In this document: piece after piece, positions 33,011-39,325 of the stretch
How the letters are laid out: each line of letters begins with the position of its first letter
Numbering within the stretch: the stretch's first letter is position 1
NCBI GenBank assembly: GCA_900088475.1
Contig: FLMG01002842.1
Coordinates: 1-39,325, forward strand
Direction: 5' to 3'
Length of the DNA: 39,325 nt
Source: Hyphochytrium catenoides
Taxonomy: Eukaryota > Protista > Hyphochytriomycota
The notes under the pieces: generated by a model
Database searches by the model: none
Told to the model about the DNA's origin: nothing
What the model saw: the letters and a program-made list of their open reading frames with translations, nothing else
Position numbers and translations under genes: made by a program

Positions 33011-35495
33011 TCAATTGTCTTTATCAATAATGATGATGCTTTATAAGCTTTATAAAAAAAGAAGTACTCCTCACGTACAAAGTCTGATAGCAGGAGAAGC
33101 AGCCTCTCTGGTGGTCGTCGCCATTTCAAAGATCCCAAAGGAACCACGGAGCCAAACCATGCTGAGTTGTAAGGAAATGGGACCTGCATTAAGGAAACCG
33201 GCCCCCCGAGTGTGTGACTCAATCAACAAACAGAACAAGCTGTCACATAGCACTCTCCAAAGGTCTGATTGATGACTTGATACTCGGCAACAAGAAGCCT
33301 GACGACGGCGGGATAGTGGTCATGAGACCGCTGTGTTTACTTCTTCTTCCCATCATTCTACCTTGATCCAATGAATTTGGTGCGAGTGTAGTCGTGAAGA
33401 GGCCCTGCTGCTGCCATTCTCAATGATGGCGCGCTGCCTAAGAGTATGAGCAGATAAAGTGCAGAACCGGTCGATTAGTCTTTATCACTCTGTTAAGAAT
33501 AGGGAGATCTCTGGTGTACAGAAGACCGGCTGACCGCCAACTATACCTCATACTGCAGCTCTTTAGAGCTCTCTACACCCTTCACTCCTTTAACAGATCG
33601 CTGGCTGAAGGGCCTATGGGGGACAAGGACCCGGTAGTAGGGAGAGTTATTGGAGGTTAGGCTAGGCGACAGAAAGCAATTTCATATCGCCATTTGGTAG
33701 TCGTTATGGTCTTTCCTAGCTGCTTTTCGCTATGTTCATAATGAAGGCATTAGTCGTCGTTGATAAGGCAGAGTAAGAAGAGTCGGAAAGAGATACTTAA
33801 AATCTTTTCTAGGCTTCCCTTCTTCCTTATGAGTCGTAGCGACAAGATGCGGCAAATATAAGAGGACATTGTCATTAGTAGCTTGGCCATATAGTCTATG
33901 CATACGAATAAGTACAGACCTAGAGCCAAGCAGGTGGATCATCGATCTCGAGCAATCCAAAGCCCTCATGTACCATCCTTTGCCTGGGAAGCTATAGCAT
34001 GACGTAGTCGCCTAGCCACGTCTGAGCTATCAGACAATCCTGATGGCAACCATTAGGGGCCACTACTTTGTCCTCAAGGTGACTCCTGATTACCTGAAGG
34101 TAGCCAATGGCGTCAGCCCGCATGCCTTTCCGGCTCCCTTTGCATACGCAGTCACCTATGAACAACCCCATTCGCTCCCCACGCCCGCGGCTTATAAGTT
34201 TGTCAAGGAACACTTTCACACTTGTTCTTAATCATCAGGTTCTCCCTCTTGTGTCTTGCTCTAGGGAGAAATTAGCAGTCACGTCACCCATTGTCCCACG
34301 CTCCATTATCCTAGCAAGAAGGACCTTGCGGATGAGAGGACCATAGTAGGAAGCAGTTGCTGCATAAGCTCTAGGCTGCTGCTACCGTACCATCTCTGCT
34401 CCTTTGGCGTACGTACCCCCACCACTGACCGAAAGCGCCACCAACATTGTCTAGCGCCAGATCAGCCGAGGTCAGAGGCGGTTGGATTGATTGCTGGAGC
34501 TTTATCAAGATGGAGAACAGCAGCCAGGCTTCAGATGAAGATCCAGATTGATCTTCAAAATAATCATCGCCATACATTTTCAGTGAGAAGCCTCTTATCC
34601 AAGGGGAGTTCTGAAGGATGGCGCAGAAAAGTTTTTGGTCTTGGTACATTTGGGCGATGGGGAAAATTCGAATCAGCTCTGAGGTGATTTCGTAACCACC
34701 ATTTATTTCGTGCAAAGGCATCATGAAATATTTCTTTGTGCTATTCCCCATCATTTAGACAGAATGATTGTGTTCTCCCTCTGCCCAGAGTGACCCTATC
34801 TTGTCGCACGGGTGCGAGATTTGATTTGAGTGCGAGGCTTGATTCGCTCCTTGAAGTTTTCGCTTGCAAGGGGCAGGGCTGCGAATGGTAGCAATAAAAG
34901 GCGGTCTAGAAGTTGTTCAAGTTCAAAATGGTTGCCTCTTGAGACCAAAAGGTTGTTTAGAAGAAATGTACGATAACCCAAACAATCCGAAATAAAGCTG
35001 TTGAGATTCAATAATAATTGCTCAGAAATGTCTTATATTCCAAAGTTCTTCGATAAGAAGATAAGAACCCTGTTGTTTGTATTCTGCCTTTGGGTGATTT
35101 CCCGCTCTTTCTCGGAGACCTCAAAATGCGCGCCAGATGGCACTCTTCCAAAAAGAGACAGATTTCTATTGGCGACCAAGAAGCGAACTCTGGAACTCTG
35201 CAGAAATAGGCCTTTGAGTCTCAGTTAGCTTGAGTCTTCACCAGAAGCGCATTGTAGTGCCTGGGCTGTATCTCCTTTTATTGTCATCTGAAGTCTGCGT
35301 GAAGCTCCGGCTCAGCTAGAATCTTTTGGGTTGTGATGACTGCAAGGGTAGTGTTGTTGATCTCAAGGTGAAAACGGGACATCTTCGTAGAGATACTCCG
35401 AACAAGCGCAGTGCCGGCACGGTAACCCTGCGGAAATAGCAGTCTACGGCTGGCATTATCCTCCTGAGAGTCCTATCCATCCTATCCGAATCCCA

Positions 35496-38400
35496 ATGCG
35501 GGTAATGGCATACCAAGAAATGGAGCCTCCTAAAACCTCTCCTCGAAGGAAGCGAAAACCTCCGGCTCCCGTAGATACAACGGAGAGGATAAACACTAGA
35601 TTGGACTTTTCAGGATTTGGAGTTGGAAAGAAGTTTTCTCCCCAGCATCGGGTCAAGGACATAGTCCCCATGGACTTGTCTTCTCTACTATCTCATTCTG
35701 ATGAAAGTTGTACAGTTGTGGGTGTACGAACAGATGTGGTGAGACCGGTGACAAAGGTTCCAAAGACACCGGGCAGAAGCTGCGGAATTAGAAGCTGTCC
35801 AAGTCCATCTTCGCCGTCTTTATCTTTCTCGAGCTTTCCTGCCGCACTACCTCAGGTGCCCATTAGACCGAGAGATCTTGTGCTTCCCCTGGATTAACCA
35901 TAGAATTGTTACAGGTACCAATGACAGCGCTGGATGGGCCCACGACACCCCCTTCTTTTGCGTCCTCCTGCGAGCAATCATCCTTTTCTTCTTTGGAGGG
36001 TGCTTCTCCGCCTCCAGTTTTGAGAGATGACAAAGACTTTTCAGCACAGCTCACACCTATAAAGAAAGAGCAGAATGACTGCTCCGGCGTCTTGTCTGAC
36101 CCAGAGTACCAAGAGCAGAATACCAGCGCTTTATCTTCCTCGACAGGTTCGACTAGCAGGCCCTTGCCTGACCAGGTGACAAATCACGCCTATACATAAC
36201 CCATAACAGTTAAGGCTTCTAACGAAGGCTGCATGATTGACAGTCAGCTTTTGATACCAGCCAGTTGAGTTTTCACAGTAAGAAAAGCACACCGCAGAGA
36301 TCACCTGTCTGTCCTCCTACACCTATGAGGACACCCACTTGGGCGCATCGGTCATTAGACAGCGGGGTTCCAGCCCTGGTCAAAATGGGTAAGTAGGCCA
36401 AAGCAGGTTGACGATTGCATTGGAATTGTGTACCGACCTTGCTTGTCTTCTTCTGGTGCATTAATAGAGCGAAAGAGCTCTTTGAGCACAACCAAGATGC
36501 TTTTCAATCTCCAAGCAAGCAAAGGATTTGAGGGTGGTCGGAACAGGCTCCTTCAGCCAGACTTTTTCTACTCCGGGTTTGAGAATCTTGGAAAAATCGG
36601 AGCGGGAGCATTCTCAGAGGTGTTCAAGGTCAGTAATCGAGAGCCTGCTTGTTTCGAGACTTTAGCTCTATGGGCGGAGGGGGCCTAGCGGAAAACGCAG
36701 AGTAAAGATGGAAATGGTGGTCAAATGCATCCTTAAGATAGGGATGGGAAGACTGTTTGCGGTCTGCAAAGTGACTATGGCAAGAAAAAAGCTGGGATGT
36801 AGCCTATTAGGACTCACTCTGACCTTCTTGCACTTAGATGCGGAGCAGAGCCGACGGCAAGATATATGCAGTCAAGAAAGCGAAGCATCAATTTCGGAGC
36901 AAGAGAGATAGGTATCACTATATTGTTGAGGCAGTTTCTACCACCTAGTCACTTTTGAACTAAGCAGCTGCATGTAGGGAGAGGATGCTGGCAGAAGTGC
37001 GAATGTATGAGAAACTTGAGATGCGGAACAAAATGCAGTGTGAATACGTCATGAAATATTATCGTGCCTGGCAAGAAGACGGTAAGCTCACTACTGCGCT
37101 TCATCGTATATCTTGCTGTCGTCCGGACCTCACATGCACCTTCTGTACGTCACCCTTCTCCGTGCTGTTAGGATACTTCTGTACGATGACAGAATACTGT
37201 GAGCTGGGTAACCTTCGAGAGTCTATAGACAATCTGGATTCTCCTTTTCCAGAGCGCACTATTTGGACCTTCATCCACGATCTAGCTCGTGGGCTAGCCT
37301 ACATCCACTCTGCCGGGATAGTCCATTTGGATATCAAGCCACAGAATATCTTTATTTCAATAGACGGCGTCCTGAAAATTGGAGATCTAGGGCTTGCGGC
37401 TGAGGCAGGAAGTGAAGAGGTTAGAGATTGCCGTCTTATCATTATTATCTTATCAACTCTCCTCCTTTCTTCCTAGTCTTTGCCAATGCCCGCGCTTGGT
37501 ACGGTTCGGTCTTATGTCCGAATACTTGGACTTGCGCAGCTGCATTGTCTACATATACTTCTCTAACAAAAATGCTTATGCTGCCAGGACGGACATGAGG
37601 GCGACAACCAGTATATGGCTAAGGAGCTACTCACCAGCAGCGTGAAATCACCTTCTGCGGATATCTTCAGCTTCGGACTCATGATTTATGAGCTCGCCGC
37701 TCACGTCGACCTTCCCTTAGAGGGAGAACCCTGGCACTCACTGCGGGATGGAAACGTGCCAGCTCTTACACCTCGGCGGTCACAAGGGCTAGACTTACTA
37801 GTGCATCAGGTGAGCGCAATGCAGCTAGATTTCGATCGGGGGGAAAGTTTGATGGAGAGAAGCGGGGGGTTACAGCGAGCCAAGGATGGGAGATTGATGG
37901 TAGAAACAAATGCGGATGGGTGATGAGACTGATGGCAAAAGAGTGGTTTTTATGATGAGCGACAATCGAGTCTCACTAATGACGTTCTCGGCAGATGCTC
38001 CATCCTGTACCGTCTCTCCGTCCCTCTGCCAAGAGCATTCTGCAGCACCCGCTTGTACAAGATGCCGCTGAAAACCGGGACACATTCGTCCTTACGGTAA
38101 GATGACATTCTGTTTCTGCCTGGATCTCTTGCTCGTGTCCGCCTGAGTGCTGTTGCGGTTAGTAGGTTGGTCTTTTCTACAAGGCTAACGCTTAATTCAC
38201 CATCGCTCTTGCCGTGTTCACTTTGACTTTTTCTGTTTTGCCCAGTCTTCCTTCATCCTCTATATTCTTCCATCTCACACTCATACCTTCCTATGCGGGC
38301 TCTTTTGGCGCAGCTGCCGCGATACAAGCCGAGCAGAATGATGGAAGAAGACGATGCGGGAGCCAACTTCTTAAAGCAGAAATTCTTCAGTAGCATTCCT

Positions 38401-38508
38401 GAAGTAGAAGAAACTACTTCGCTCTCTTCTCTAACTCCTCCCACGACTCCGGCATCCACACCCAGTCCCCAGTTGATGCTCAGCTGGCGGTTGCCTGATA
38501 GAGTCTGA
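35496..38508 (+). CDS. WEE1: Wee1/Myt1-family CDK-inhibitory kinase (multi-exon)
   Basis: S/TP-rich N-terminus (CPPTPMRTP); KIGAGAFSEVFK; YAVKK; YYRAWQEDG; HLDIKPQNIF; KIGDLGLA; EGDNQYMAKELL; ADIFSFG; WHSLRDG. EGDxxY(M/L)AxE and WxxLRxG are Wee1/Myt1 hallmarks. Exons join through GT-AG introns; TGA ends at 38508. Confidence 0.88.
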
Positions 38509-38609
38509 AGATCAGAAGCCGAGTGCTCAGTGTACACTAACTCTATATATACACAGGCTTAACGGTGGAGAGGCGCGATGCATTCTCTCTTAGAAACGGG
38601 GCTAAACAG

Positions 38610-39325
38610 AGCCTCTCTTCTCCAGGTTTCTACTGGTTCTGTTTACCTCTCGCCCCTGCCATTGGACTATCGCCTCAACCTTTTCCATTGATCTCTTCGC
38701 CGCTAATCTTCTCTGTTACAAGCTACATATTATTTATATACATTATATATATACATATACTCTTATCAATAGACTGCCGCGGCGGTGCCAAGAAAGCTGA
38801 GGCGACAAGTCTAAGCCAGCAAGAGACTGCCAGAAAGAGCAAAAGTGACCATGGTTATCCGGTCAATCAATGCCCGCATCACCTGCTTTTCCCAATGTAC
38901 AGAGCGCATCAGATAGAGATCAAACTTCTCAAGTGGGAAACGGAACCCTCTGCGCACTCTGAGAAGTTTCCTCAGAGAGATCATCTGCTGCGCCATTGTT
39001 GAGCCTGTCAATGCGGCTTTATGCCTCGTCCTGGCTGGGAGATGGGCCCCAAAACCCTGCAGGAGAGAGAGAAAGACAGAGCCCTCGCTTTTAAACACTG
39101 AACAACCGCCGCAACGCTCCTCTTCCTGTCTGTTCCCAGGCATAACCTTTGTCGGTCAAAGGTTTTCGTCGGTCTTCTTCACAGGCGGGAGGAACGTCGA
39201 CGACGCGATCTTTCTCAAGTTTCAAAGACTCTGGCTCTTCGATCCTGTAGTGGCGTTACAGAAGTAGCCGTTGCGCACGTTGAGCTGTTTGATGATGGCT
39301 TGAAGAGGGGAGAGAGAGAGAGAGA
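38610..39325 (-). CDS. Possible 3' part of an unidentified spliced gene
   Basis: Open frame GFGAHLPARTRHKAALTG...LRKLLRVRRGFRFPLEKFDLYLMRSVHWEKQ, bounded by a polypyrimidine-CAG acceptor (~39060) and a GT donor. The neighbouring exons could not be phased and no domain was recognised. Confidence 0.3.

Noticed and set aside
27300-33700. Transposon carrying the histidine kinase
   Set aside because: No transposase, reverse transcriptase, terminal repeats or target-site duplication could be identified by eye.
1-39325. Alternative genetic code or stop-codon readthrough explaining the fragmented ORFs
   Set aside because: The fragments join through ordinary GT-AG introns, and the genes end at TAA, TAG and TGA as expected.

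Overview
Intron-rich eukaryotic genomic DNA with GT-AG introns and the standard genetic code. It is most likely a stramenopile; this is inferred from the gene architectures, not from a search. In order: (1) 1-11060 minus, a giant myosin: motor, about 3 IQ motifs, 5 UvrB/C(UVR)-like helical repeats, a Pro/Ser linker, then four complete 4xCBS modules and the start of a fifth that runs off the window (class-XXIX/Myo29-type architecture). (2) 12477-21751 minus, a 17-exon gene that the ORF track shows only as fragments; spliced, it encodes a disordered N-terminus, about 4 TM helices, about 8 ankyrin repeats and two TIR domains, the first with the catalytic Glu and the second with Gln there. (3) 23124-26898 minus, mitochondrial ETF-ubiquinone oxidoreductase. 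(4) About 27.3-33.3 kb, a compositionally distinct, gene-poor block holding a 27-bp coding-frame tandem repeat and an intronless PAS-PAS-HisKA-HATPase-REC hybrid histidine kinase whose first PAS aligns in register with the FixL heme-PAS, including the proximal His. (5) About 33.7-35.2 kb, unresolved broken minus-strand ORFs. (6) 35496-38508 plus, a Wee1/Myt1-family kinase. (7) A possible partial minus-strand gene at the right edge. The best candidates for under-described biology are the membrane ANK-TIR(active)-TIR(inactive) receptor-like protein and the intronless heme-PAS hybrid kinase. All calls come from manual translation and motif recognition; no searches were run.
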